From Eledone cirrhosa (Eukaryota), in assembly GCA_964016885.1 (NCBI GenBank), contig OZ024742.1:275218001-275282000 (forward strand): a stretch of 64,000 nucleotides of DNA. Reading direction: 5' to 3'. A program made the translations under genes and the position numbers. Under the pieces are notes generated by a model that searched no databases, had not been told where the DNA came from, and worked only from the letters and a program-made list of their open reading frames with translations. Positions 14,166 through 25,639 of this stretch are shown in pieces (the first letter of the stretch is position 1; each line of letters begins with the position of its first letter).

Positions 14166-14993
14166 AGAATTTTGACATTACTATGAGTTCGTCCGATTCG
14201 GCGCAAGTTACAGATCTTGTGGGCATTGTATCCTTAACATGATAAATAGAAAATTGCCGGAGATTACCGGAGGTTTATATAGAGACGACATACTATATAT
14301 TGTAGAAAAACATAACAATAGTGAATTAAATAGAGTAAAGAAAGCAATTATAGAATTTTTTTTAATTATGACCTGAAATTAGAAGTAGAAAATAATAATA
14401 AAATCGGCAATTTTTTAGATGTGACGCTAAATCTGAACTCTGGCCTTTATTATCCTTTCCATAAGTCAATGAGAACTTAAATTATGTTAGTATTTATTCT
14501 AATCATCATAAAAGTGTTAAGAATGCAATAGTCAACAGTGTACAACAACGAATATCTAGGCTATCTGCTAATAGATCCATATTTAATAGTAAGACTATAT
14601 ATTATAATAAAGCGTTACATAAAGCTGGATATAACAATAATATTGAGTGTATAGATAAAAATACAGAAATCCATCAAAATAAAATTAATTATACTCACAA
14701 TAATCATAATATAAATGAATATAAAAACAACAACTGGGTGAATAAATCGAAGAAAAAAATAAGACCTGGATCTATAATTTGGTATGCTCCGCCAGCATCT
14801 GTAGCTATTAAAACACCTGTAGCACATTTATTTTTTTAAAGCTTTGGATAAATGCTTCCCTAGGTCACATAAATATTACTCTATCTTCAATAGACACACA
14901 GTTAAACTATCTTACTCAACAACTATGAATATTGCTCAAAATATAGCAAAAATAAATAACAAAAATCTTAATTTGAACCAACCTTTAATTAGC
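14165..14993 (+). mobile_element. Penelope-like element, RT/linker part (left half of a split element)
   Basis: DITMSSSDSAQVTDLVG...GLYRDD RT motifs; DKCFPRSHKYYSIFNRHTVKLSYS linker; ends in an Asn-coding AAT run. Confidence 0.8.
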
Positions 14994-15264
14994 AATAATA
15001 ATAATAATAATGATTTCATTTATTGGCCACAAGGGCCGACATATAGGGGACAACACAATAGACAGGGACAGTGGGGGTTTACATAGAGATCGAGTAAGTA
15101 TAAATAACAAAAAAACAAAATAACAATAAAAATACAACAATGAAAGTTCCCCAATAAGAGGGATCACCACCCAGGGTTGACTCAAGCACCCCACCAGTCC
15201 TGAGCCACCCGACGCTCCTAGGGCACCCGGGAAGGGCACCCCTCTCCTTCTCGAATTCACCAGC

Positions 15265-18200
15265 CTACAGGCGCATGATCAGAGTAGGCCCACTCACGCG
15301 GGCCATTCTCGCCACATTCACCCACCTTTCAGTAAATGTACTGGGGGGCAGCACTTCTCTCTCCACCCTCACCTTCCTTTCCAAGTGAAACTTGAAGAAG
15401 TTGATGAGGGATTGGCCGAAGAGAAAAGTGTCTGTCTTCAGTCCTTTCAACCTGGTCCACCATGCAACCTCTTTCGCTACTGCCACCAGGCAGAGGAAAA
15501 TTGCCTGCCCTTCCTGACCAAAAGAAGGCGGCGGGTCAATCTTCACTATGGACTCGGACGATAGCCAGATCCGTTCTACACGCGACAATAGCTGTTCGAC
15601 ATAACCCCACAAGTCAGCAATGCACGGACACTGGACGAGTGCGTGCAGAACGGTTTCGTCGCTCTGCGCGCATCTCGGGCAGGTTCGTCTGACAGCACTT
15701 CCGTGCCTGTAGAGTTTATCCCGAACCGGCAGCGCCCCCCGGTAGCACTGCCAAGCGAGGGATTTCTGGAAGTTATCCATCGTCCCCGGCTCGAAAGTCC
15801 TCCGGAACATACTGGTCAGTTCTACTTCGTTGACGCCCAGAACCTCTCCTAGTACGTCATCGCACTTGCCCTCCACTAATCCTCTATAGAAATCTTGAGT
15901 GGAAGTTCCACTGACCGCATTGCCCACCTTGCAGAGTGCAGTGAGCGCCTGGCAACATTCCAGATGCCAGTCGCCCAGTCTCGGTCTCTTCTTGACCCAG
16001 GACTGCAGCTCAGTCAAAGAGATGAGCTGCGGAAAGGCCCGTCTAACAAACGGCGACCACACCTGTTCACCGTTTAGGCAAAATATCTGGAGATGTCGCA
16101 GCCTCAGCGCATGTCTGCGCATCATTAGCCACGGCATGCCCAGCCCTCCACGAAGAGGGTGCTGGCAGCAGATGGACCGCCTCACCAACGGGACCCGTCC
16201 CCTCCACAAAAATTTGAAAAGGAGCCGTTCCAAATTGGCGAGGCGTGGACGGGGGCAAGGCACGACGGTCAGGCGGTAGTAGATGACGGACGCGATGTAC
16301 GCGTTCGCCACCTCCGCCCGCCCTTTCAGTGATAGCTTTCTCTCAGCCCATTTCTGGGTGAGGTTGGCTATCCTGCTCGTCACCTCGTCCCAATTCTTAT
16401 CCACCTGGAGGTCTGGTCCGAACCAAACCCCGAGCAACTTTACCGGTCCGTCTGTCCAGCGCCCAACGACGCTGTTGGACGGCATGGACTTGCCTCTCCA
16501 GGTGCCGAGCTGCAAGCCCACCGACTTTTCCGGGTTAAGTTTTGCTCCCGTCAACCTTTCATATTCCTCCAAATGGGTGCGGATCACCTCGATTTCCGAG
16601 GTGTCCGACACCATCACGGTGATGTCGTCCGCATAAGCGGACGCAGCCTTTCTGCGTCCCGGTTCGAGCGGGATGCCCTGCAACAACTCCAGCTTCCGCA
16701 GTAGAGGCTCAAGAGTCAATACGTACAGAAGTGAGGAGAGAGGGCACCCTTGACGGACCGATCGAGAGATCTGAAACGGTTCCGAGAGGTGGCCATTAAC
16801 TTTGACCACCGAGCAGATGCCGCTGTACATTGCAGCGATCCAGCTTCTGAAGACGGGGCCGAAGCCAGCCGCCTCGAGGACAGCCTCCAAGTACCGATGG
16901 TCGACCCTATCGAATGCTTTCGATTGATCTAAATTGATCAGAGCCCCACCGAAGCCAGGTTTGCACCCAACCCTCTCTATGATGTATCGCATGAGGTGGA
17001 GGTTGTCGTGTATGGACCTGGTCGGGATTGCGCAAGTTTGCGCCTCCCCAACCAAATCTTTGACGACAAGCGCCAACCTTTTCGCTAACACCTTGGCCAA
17101 AATCTTAAACTCTGTGTTGAGCAGGGTTATGGGCCTGAAATTATCTAGTGTGTCCCTCTTGTTCTCGTCTTTCCTTATCAGCGTCACTACGCCACGGCTC
17201 ACAGAACTGGGAATGCTCCCGTTCTGCTGCCAGTTGCAGTAGAGCGCTTCGAGGAGATCGGAGAACAAGTCTGGCATATTTACGTAAAGCTCGTAGGGCA
17301 GACCATCCAAACCGGGTGACTTGCGACTCGAGCAGCCGACAAGGGCGTCCTGAATTTCGACTGATGTTATCGGCTCTTCGCAGCGCTCAGCGTCGGCCGT
17401 CGAGAGGCGTGGCAAGCCGTCGAGGTAGGGACTGAAGTCCGCCGCCGTCTCCGACTCACCCATCCTCCCGAACAATCGAGCAAAGTGCTGGCGAAAGGCC
17501 TCACACATCTGCTTGGAATCGCTCAGTTCGTGTCCATCTCGATCCGTCAAAGACCGAATTGTGGTTTTATTTCCACGCTGCGTCTCTGCAAAGCGAGCCC
17601 ATCGGGCAGCTTTGGTTCCCTCGTTCCTCAGAGCACGCGCCTTAGCTCTGACAATGCAACCTTCGTGTTTCGCATTGAAGAAATGGTCTAGTGCCATTCT
17701 CGCCGCTAGCACGTCTGTTGCAATGCCACTACAAATAGCCTCGTCTAACTTAGCTATCAGCCCCTCCTCCTTTCTATTTTTCTCTATTGCTACTTCTTTG
17801 CTAAATCCTATCGAGGTTGCTCTAATCTCTCTTTTGAGTGCCCCCCACCACCTGTTGTTGACAACCCCCCCTGTCAACTTTTGCTTAACTAAGTTGTTGA
17901 CCCGGTCCCTGTAAGCTTTACGTGCCGGAAACGACATGTTTAGCTTCCAGTAGCTGGGTCCTAACCTACGTGTCTTATCTAGGTCGACCATACAGATCAC
18001 AAGCTTGTGATCTGAATAGGCAACCGTTTTAAAATGTGGACATCCTACACTATTTCTATCTCTTTTCCTAATGAAAATCCTATCTATGTACGATCTAGAT
18101 GACCCTATGCGATTGGTCCAGGTCCATACTGGCGCATTAGGGAAATCTAGTCGGTACCTGTCAGACAGTTGAAACTGGCTGATCAGGTACTTGAGGCTTT

Positions 18201-18684
18201 TGCACCCCCCGCTCCTATCAGATACTCCCACACAATCCCAGCGTGCTTCTAAGATGCCATTCCAATCCCCTATTAACAGTAAAGGGCGAGACGTAAGCAG
18301 AAAGTTTTCCAGGCGCCTAAAGAAGTCCGGCCGACCGGCCCCAGTAGGGGCGTAGACGGCCACCAGTCTAAAGGCACCACCTTCGCTATTGCTCACGTCC
18401 AGGACCACCAACTTTCCGTCAGGATCCCGGAAGATTGACCTTACCTCGAGATCCAGACATTTCCTAAACAGCACAGCCACTCCACCGCCCATTCCCGGCC
18501 GACTAACAGATGCAAAGATCTGATAATCGTCGAAAATCGGCGCCAGTGCGCGTGTGTCGGAAATTCTGGTCTCGCTGATGGCAATTACATCCATTCCTAG
18601 TGACCTGAGGTCGTTGAGCAAGTGACCTTGCTTCCAGGGCGACCCCAGGCCACGAACATTTAAACTTCCTACTCTTATGGCCAT
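15265..18684 (-). CDS. LINE ORF2p: APE endonuclease, reverse transcriptase and C-terminal CCHC zinc finger (1139 aa, intact)
   Basis: GSLNVRGL, SETR, VYAP, GDWN, SDH (APE); KSPGLDG, RPITLLN, DQSKAFDRVDH, RQGCPLS, YADD (RT); CPRC...H...C. Confidence 0.96.
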   Translation of the reverse strand: MAIRVGSLNVRGLGSPWKQGHLLNDLRSLGMDVIAISETRISDTRALAPIFDDYQIFASVSRPGMGGGVAVLFRKCLDLEVRSIFRDPDGKLVVLDVSNSEGGAFRLVAVYAPTGAGRPDFFRRLENFLLTSRPLLLIGDWNGILEARWDCVGVSDRSGGCKSLKYLISQFQLSDRYRLDFPNAPVWTWTNRIGSSRSYIDRIFIRKRDRNSVGCPHFKTVAYSDHKLVICMVDLDKTRRLGPSYWKLNMSFPARKAYRDRVNNLVKQKLTGGVVNNRWWGALKREIRATSIGFSKEVAIEKNRKEEGLIAKLDEAICSGIATDVLAARMALDHFFNAKHEGCIVRAKARALRNEGTKAARWARFAETQRGNKTTIRSLTDRDGHELSDSKQMCEAFRQHFARLFGRMGESETAADFSPYLDGLPRLSTADAERCEEPITSVEIQDALVGCSSRKSPGLDGLPYELYVNMPDLFSDLLEALYCNWQQNGSIPSSVSRGVVTLIRKDENKRDTLDNFRPITLLNTEFKILAKVLAKRLALVVKDLVGEAQTCAIPTRSIHDNLHLMRYIIERVGCKPGFGGALINLDQSKAFDRVDHRYLEAVLEAAGFGPVFRSWIAAMYSGICSVVKVNGHLSEPFQISRSVRQGCPLSSLLYVLTLEPLLRKLELLQGIPLEPGRRKAASAYADDITVMVSDTSEIEVIRTHLEEYERLTGAKLNPEKSVGLQLGTWRGKSMPSNSVVGRWTDGPVKLLGVWFGPDLQVDKNWDEVTSRIANLTQKWAERKLSLKGRAEVANAYIASVIYYRLTVVPCPRPRLANLERLLFKFLWRGRVPLVRRSICCQHPLRGGLGMPWLMMRRHALRLRHLQIFCLNGEQVWSPFVRRAFPQLISLTELQSWVKKRPRLGDWHLECCQALTALCKVGNAVSGTSTQDFYRGLVEGKCDDVLGEVLGVNEVELTSMFRRTFEPGTMDNFQKSLAWQCYRGALPVRDKLYRHGSAVRRTCPRCAQSDETVLHALVQCPCIADLWGYVEQLLSRVERIWLSSESIVKIDPPPSFGQEGQAIFLCLVAVAKEVAWWTRLKGLKTDTFLFGQSLINFFKFHLERKVRVEREVLPPSTFTERWVNVARMARVSGPTLIMRL

Positions 18685-18713
18685 GCTGGCAGGATGAATG
18701 GGAGAGGAAAGGT

Positions 18714-20623
18714 TTACTTACCTTCCGGGGTCTTGTGAAGGTCGGGTGGTTCGACCTCCATGGTTTGTGGGGTTTCTTTTGGGAACCCCTTTAATAGTCT
18801 TGACGTGGGTTTTACGTTCGGGGTTCCCACATCCCGAGGAAAGCTCTTTCGAATTTCTTTGTATGAAGCGAGCGACATTCGCATCAGAAGCAAATTATCT
18901 GGTACGCGAAATGTGCTCGCTTCAAATGTTTCCCCGTCTTTTTCGATGTTTGTGCTTCGTGCTACATGGGCCATCAATTCCTTGTTGGCCCTTCTGGCAA
19001 GCACGAAGTTTTTAATGTTTTGTTGCTCGGGTTTTATTTGTTCGTGTGATTGTGGTGGTGATAGCTTTGTTAGTGTTGTTTCTATTGTGTCTGCGTTTGT
19101 TGTGGGTGGGGTGTCTGTAGTTTCTGATGTTTGTGTGTCTATTTGTTCTTGTGTCTGTTTAGCTTGTTTGCGTTTGGGGGATTTTGGTGGTTGTGTTGGT
19201 GATGCTGTGGGGAAAATGTTTGTGTGGGTGGTGTGTGTATTTTTTTTGTGGGGGTGTTTGTGCTTTGTGGATTTCTTTTTTTTTTGTGTTTTGTTTTTTG
19301 TATTTTGGGGGACTTTGGTTTTCCCTCATCTTCACTGCTGGAGGATGAGGGGTCTGTGGCTGTGAGCGTGTTTGTGTCTGAGTGAGTGTTTATGTTCTTG
19401 TTCGTGTGTGTATTTTGGGGGGGAGGGGGAATGGGAGAGCTTTCCTCGTTTCCCCCCTGGGTGTGCAATTTTGGTGGTTCCATTGTTGACGGTGTTGCTG
19501 GTGGTCCTTGTCCCGGCGTCGCCAGCAGTGGAATCTTTCGACCCCTTGCGCTTTTCGGCAGTTGAGGGCAGAAGGCTTGCAAGTGTGTCGTTTCCCCACA
19601 AAGGAAACAATGCGGCCTTTTGCCCTCAGTCATTATATGCAACACCCTCCCGTTTTGGAGGCGGATGTGGTCCGGGATTGCTTTTACGTTTTCGGGTCTG
19701 ATTTGGAGCAGTATCTCCAGATCAACCCCGGACCAGTCGTCCCTGGCAGTTCTCGTTGCCTCTACCGGGACTGTATCCGTTCCTTCCACGATTACGCAAC
19801 CCAGGAGCCACCACATATCAAGTCCTGGTGGAATCCTGGGAATGCGCACACGTGCTATTCGTTTTCCCATGTGGGAGGGGTACATTATGACCTTGCTGGT
19901 TTTGCAAGGGGTCATTGAATGCTTCACAGCGAGGGCTTCAGACTTGAACAGCACCGAAACGGTGCCGTATTGCCTGCCCCTCTCTATGAAGTCTGTGTCC
20001 TCTCTGATGTATTTCAGTGCGGCTTCTATATCAGCTTGGGCGATTATCGCTGCCCTCTTTGTCTCTACTGAGATGCATCTGAAATGCACCGTTCTTTTTT
20101 CCACTGCCTCAATGGCTTCTGCCGGGACAGTTAAGTTTGCCCAGGTCTGCTCTTGATTTATGATTTTCCAGGCCTGGGCCAACTTTTCCTCTCTGTTGGT
20201 TAAGTCGATGCTGTAGCATGGTCTCCTTTTAGCCGCTGCCACAGCAGCGAAGGTGTTCTTGTTGGTGTTGTCACTGTTGTTGTTCTTATTGGTGTTGCTG
20301 CTGCTATTGCTATTGTTGTTCTCCCCTGTGTCGTGGTTACCCTCTGTGCTGTTGGCCTTGTTGGTGCTGTTGCTGTCGCTACTATTACTCTCTGTGCTGT
20401 TTGTTTTGTTGGTGCTCTCGCTATTACCACCTTCTGCGCTGTTCGGCTTGTTGGTGTTGGTGTTGTCGCTGTTACCACCTTCCGCGCCGCTCGGCCCGTT
20501 GGTGCTGGCACTGTCGCTGCTCACACTCGTGCTGGTGGCGCTCCTCGCCTCACCTCTCCTCTCAACGCTCAAGTCGCCGTTGCACGACAGCAGACCCGCC
20601 TCTAGGGGGCGTGGCTCCGCCAT
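18714..20623 (-). CDS. LINE ORF1p (Asn/Ser-rich N-terminus, probable RRM-like region, CCHC zinc knuckle, conserved C-terminal module) with one frameshift near 19275-19325
   Basis: Start MAEPRP at 20623; CFLCGETTHLQAFC; a second frame is open 19325-18714 and matches the ORF1 C-terminus of sister copies; an A10 run lies in the shift interval. Confidence 0.85.
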
Positions 20624-20835
20624 GTTTTTTTTGAGAAAAAAATTATTATTTTTTTCCAAAATAAAGTTCAAATATTTGGGCCAAAAGGCCCAAATATTAT
20701 GAGTTATTCCTTCACAGGATACAAATGAATGTCTTATAATGCTTCAGCGGTACAAAAAATAAACAATTCTCTACAATTAATCCTCAAAAAATTGCTTACT
20801 CACGGAGCTTCAAAAAACGTACATCCACTTTCGTC

Positions 20836-21600
20836 AATAATAATAATAATAATAATAACCATATATTAGTTAATGGGAATAACAATAATAATAGTTTAAA
20901 CACGAATAATATTAGAAGAGGTTGGTGGATTGGCAGTATCGGTAGAGGGTCGGACACCATGCTTTGAAGCATAGAGTTACCTCCCTTTAGGATCTGGGTT
21001 CAAATCCTGCCGAGGTTAACTTTGCCTTTCATCCTTACAGGGTCGATAAAATAAAGTACCAGTAATACACTTGGAGAATTGCTGGTCTTGTGCCAAAAGT
21101 AGAAACAATATTAGAATACCTTTAAAGAATAATATGAATAGTATAACGTCTGTAAATAACACTGAGAAGAAATGTAATTGTAGAAAGAGGTCTGAATGTC
21201 TTTTACAAAATAATTGCCTTGACAAAAATCTAGTATATAAATGTACCATTAAGGCAAATAATAATATATATAACTACATAGGTGCCACCTCATCTAAATT
21301 TAAGGAACATTGGTATAATCATAGACATACTTTTAATAGACCAGATAAGAAATTTTCAACTTAACTTTCGCAATTAGTATGGTCTTTAAAGGACAATAAT
21401 ATTAATTACTCCATCTCTTGGAGGAAATTAAAGGTTGCTACTTCCTACCAGAATTCAACATTCTCAGAAATTTGCAATCTTTGCAATGAAGAGATTCTCC
21501 AGATAATCACAAACTATGACAATTTAATCAACAAAAAAAAATATTTAATAGTTTTCACCATAAAATTTGTAAAACTTTCCAGGCAATGTTCCAGTTTCAT
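20836..21600 (+). mobile_element. Penelope-like element, GIY-YIG endonuclease part (right half)
   Basis: Continues from the poly-Asn run; CNCRKRSECLLQNNCLDKNLVYKCTI...YIGATSSKFKEHWYNH. Confidence 0.82.
20918..21106 (+). mobile_element. tRNA-derived SINE with 10-bp target-site duplication
   Basis: A box TGGCAGTATCGG, B box GGTTCAAATCC; AATATTAGAA at 20908-20917 and 21107-21116; second copy at 53345-53525. Confidence 0.9.
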
Positions 21601-22819
21601 AAAAATAATGACAATTAATAATTTAAATATATATAAATTTTGCCTTATTTATTGATATTTATAAGTATTGGAATAATATCATTAAGAGTCTCTTTATCCT
21701 ATGCTTTGATTAGGTTAGTTCAATATTTAATTAGGCATCAATTACGATATATACTATAGATAATTTATGGCTTTTGAAATATCGCTGGACGTGAGAGTAG
21801 AGATAAGTTATAAATGCTTGTATATGGTGAATGAGTTATCTTTCTTTTGTTTACATTGTCCATAAAAATTTCTTTTTGATTAGCTTGATAAAACATATTA
21901 AATATGAAATATGAAGTTTAATAATATATAGACTATCATTAACACGAAACTATATATCAAAATAATTAAATACAGAAGTAAATATAACCATTCATTAAAT
22001 AAAATTATACAGAGTAAATATAACCACAGTTGGATTCTAAGAAATAAATGAAAATTAAAGAATAATAAAGCTTTTATAAAGCGGATTTCTAAATTAATTT
22101 GGATAATAAATGAACAAAATATATCATATGTATTAATGGGGATATATGTATGGTATTATAATTTACTACATATTTAATAATTATTTAAATACGCTTTAAA
22201 GATTAATTATTTTAAAAGTTGTAGTAAAATATTAATAGAATATCTTACCTTAAAATTAAAAATTATAATAATCTATAATGAGCTAAATTAAATTATATAA
22301 ATTTGTAATTAACTTACATATGTGATTGATATAGAAAGTAATCTATACCTAATAATCTAGATATAAACGTATAATTAGCTAAAGCATAATCCAATACAAG
22401 CGATATTCATTGATATATGTGAATAGATTTTTTATTTCTTATTTTATCTAACATTTGAATACAACGGTTTTTATTCCCCTCTATTTAATATTTTCTTTTT
22501 TTTTCCTTTGGTTTTCTTTATTCCCCTTCGTTTCCTCTTTACTCTCCCCACATCTTCCCACTCTTTTGTCTTTATTCCTCTTTTCTTTTATATATTTCTT
22601 TTCTTCTTTTATTCATACATCCATTTTTGTTTTTGTTTTTTTGCCTTTTCTTCTTCTTTGTCTCCCCCTATTATATTTCTAACTTGCTCTACGTCCTTTC
22701 TTCTTTAAGTTTATCATATTATTTGTGGTATAAAAACGTTGAGATTTGATGAAATAAATCACTGCTAATACTGGAATTGAATAATCGAAATCGTAGAGGT
22801 ATGTCACATATGAAATCAT

Positions 22820-22880
22820 ATATTTTGTCTGATGAAAACGTACTTAAACACCATTGTACCTTTGAAATATGTATAATAAA
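22820..22880 (+). ncRNA. Degenerate hammerhead-ribozyme-like core, possibly in a Penelope terminal repeat
   Basis: CTGATGA (22829), stem II AAACGTAC/GTACCTTT with one mismatch, GAAA (22864); stems I and III imperfect. Confidence 0.4.
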
Positions 22881-23026
22881 ATATATATTTTGATTATGAG
22901 AATATTTTTCATTTATTAACATTTTGAATAATATTAAAAACTCCAGGAAAATCTCTAGTGGAGTGCTTCTAATCTATTGTAATATTGTATTCGTTGAGTA
23001 ATCAACGAACCCTATTAATCTTTGGT

Positions 23027-23040
23027 TATATATATATATA

Positions 23041-23108
<68 letters not shown>
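23027..23108. repeat. (TA)n/(TG)n microsatellite
   Basis: Direct sequence. Confidence 0.95.
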
Positions 23109-23112
<4 letters not shown>

Positions 23113-23602
23113 TGTATTCCTGTCTGTCTGATTGCTTGTTTGTTTGTTCACGAACTACTCCTATGGTTTTGGAGATAGACCCCCCATAACCATATATATT
23201 CTGAAACTACATTGCCCAGGGTATTTAGATAAGTATATTTCATTTTAATCAAAGGGTTCCCCGGGGGCAGAAAACCCACGGTGAAATTTTTTTATATTCG
23301 ATGTATATGAAATTTAATCCATAGGCAAATGACAAGATATGATGCCTATTCACAAAAGTTTTGAATTGATATTTTTTAAAAAAATTATTTACAAGAAACA
23401 AAATAAAAATAAGATTTATTAATGTAATTTTGATTTGATATATTACAAAAAATAATGTTTTCCAATTTTTCATGTATTCCATTTTAAATTGAATATTGAA
23501 ATGCAGAGTTTTTCTCCATAAATTATATCACTGATTTAAAATCAATCATCATTTTCTTACAAAAAAGTGGGGGAAACGCAGCAACGCTCGGGTAATTCGG
23601 CT

Positions 23603-23605
<3 letters not shown>
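23100..23605 (+). mobile_element. Possible non-autonomous Helitron in a TA tract
   Basis: 5' TATATAAAGTTGTA..TGTCTGTCTG resembles the Helitron start at 44924; GC-rich 3' end GCAACGCTCGGGTAATTCGGCTGGT ending in a CTRR-type motif before (TA)n. Confidence 0.5.
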
Positions 23606-23652
<47 letters not shown>

Positions 23653-23849
23653 CGTGAAAGTACTTGTGCATCTATGCATACATACACACACCACACAGAC
23701 ACACACTCACACACACACACGCACAGACATACGTGTGTGCACACACACACATATATATAGAGGGAGAGAGAGGTATACACATACACATAGATACACACTC
23801 ACATGTGGACGCCTAGGTATATGTGCTTCATTCAACACATATTTTACTT

Positions 23850-24240
23850 TCTAGAGACTGACTCAATTCTCAATTTTCCAACAATTACTACACGTTCTTG
23901 TGTTCTCGTTTGGTTTCTATATATCTCATCTCTACGATTTTCGATAAATGTATTTGTGTCGTCTTCTATCTCCAGTTCTTCAACGGAAATATACGGGTTT
24001 TGCCTGCCATATTCGGATGCCAAAAAATTAAACATGCTTTCGATTTCTTTCTTTATATGCTTTCAATCATTACCTCCTCCCTTCCCACTTTTTCACTTGC
24101 TTCATTCTTTATCCAAGTTTTGCATCTTTGATTTTGCTTTTCTTCTCAACGTTTTATATTTGCTTTGCTATTGTTATACTTTATTTCATTTTATGTGTTG
24201 TTTCCTTATTTTCTCTGTCATGTCAAGAATGCTAAACTAA
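23850..24240 (-). mobile_element. Highly decayed LINE RT-like remnant
   Basis: Weak similarity of FIENRRDEIYRNQ...VVIVGKLRIESVS to the LINE RT region preceding YADD; no catalytic motif left. Confidence 0.3.
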
Positions 24241-25059
24241 AACAAAGAGAGGAACCCAGATTTCCTTCGTCAGAATGAACAAGGAATATTCCTGCGTCGC
24301 TTAATTATTATTATCATCACGTTATAATTTTCATCATTATAATTGTCTTTACAATTAATCCTCATGTGTATTTTTCTTCTTATCTTCACTATCCTAGATT
24401 CTGTCTAACTCTCTTTATATATCTTTATCATACACATACTCATTCATTATCACCACCTTCAGGATATTTTCCACTATTATCACCACCATCATTATGATCC
24501 TCCTCATCTTCCTGTAATCCCACATAGCCTGCTCCGCTAGATCTAGCAACCAAATTTCTCTTACACATCACCTATCCTTAGAAAATATGATTAAGATGAT
24601 ATGGGTTAATAAAAGATTATATAGAAATACATGAAAATAGAATGGTTATTCAAATCTATGTTACTTGAGCATAGATTTCCTCAAACAGAGGTTTACAACT
24701 ACTGGCAACTTGTGATTCTAGTGTCTCTACACAGAAGTGCGCAATGAAAGCCAACATAAGTCAAACAGAAACAATTCACGGCATTGTTGCTAGTGTTTTT
24801 GCCCATAGATATTTGCCTACGTTTCTAAGAAGCCTCTCGAACATTGCTAGCCTCATATGAGCTATAATTTATTTAATCAGGTAACCTGTTTTGTTGCACA
24901 GATTTATAAACTATTAGACATATAATTATAGATCTTGCATAATTACATTATCATTACTAAATTTGATAAGACTCTATACACTTTTCCGAATCTATTTGAT
25001 TTTGGTTTAAAATAAATATTATTACTGTGTTAGGCAACAGTTACTCCAATACATTACAT

Positions 25060-25625
25060 TACATTTGGTTACGCCAAAATTTGTTTCCGACATTTCACTG
25101 ATTAAAGACTGATAGAAAGTTGAACAGCAATAATACATCAGTACGGATTGAGCCTGATATATCAGAACTGAATGAAATCATTTATGCAGCAGCAACGGTA
25201 ATAGAGAGGAAATGCATATTACAGATAAATTATAAAAGATACAACACCCACTAAAACCATAAAAAGTGATAATGAAAATGAATTGATGAGGGGGAAAATA
25301 TCGATCCTGGATGAAATAAATCTTGGGAAATCTGTCATGTCAAGAAAAGGAAGGAAAGTGATTAAGAAATACAAAGTATCTGATATTCCATCAATCAAAG
25401 AAACACTGAAACAAAAGGCACAACTGAAAGCTCAAAGAATCAGAAGATTTGAAAAGCCAAATAGGTTTTACAGCCCCCCAATAAAAACTGTTAATGTTGG
25501 ATGCAAAAAGGTTTTATAGAGAAATCGGGACAGACAATTCATGTAAAAAAAACTCCTTCAATTCAGGAAATTGAAAAATTCTGGGAAACAGTATATAGTA
25601 CAGAAAAATCACACAATGCCAATGA
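25060..25625 (+). mobile_element. R4/Dong-like LINE N-terminal fragment (third family)
   Basis: IIYAAATV...KETLKQKAQLKAQRIRRFEKPNRFY...IEKFWE, homologous to EELKQRIVAKSAKIRRYE of the 58607 ORF. Confidence 0.75.
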
Positions 25626-25639
25626 GAAACGATAAACAA

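Larger units (their letters stand above)
14994..20835 (-). mobile_element. Full-length Tx1/L1-clade LINE inserted in an (AAT)n tract
   Basis: 5'UTR, ORF1, intact ORF2, 3'UTR with AATAAA; AAT repeats on both sides (14994-15011 and 20836-20858). Confidence 0.96.

Noticed and set aside
18686-18721. Mini-intron fusing ORF1 to ORF2
   Set aside because: Only 30-36 nt long, and splicing leaves ORF2 out of frame in the two copies checked (18721 and 26233).
19270-19325. Programmed -1 frameshift at the ORF1 A-run
   Set aside because: Sister copies disagree: ~3870 is in frame, ~36745 needs +1, and this copy needs -1. Homopolymer indels or sequencing error fit better.
20918-21015. tRNA gene
   Set aside because: A and B boxes are present, but it continues into a SINE body with a TSD and has a second dispersed copy.
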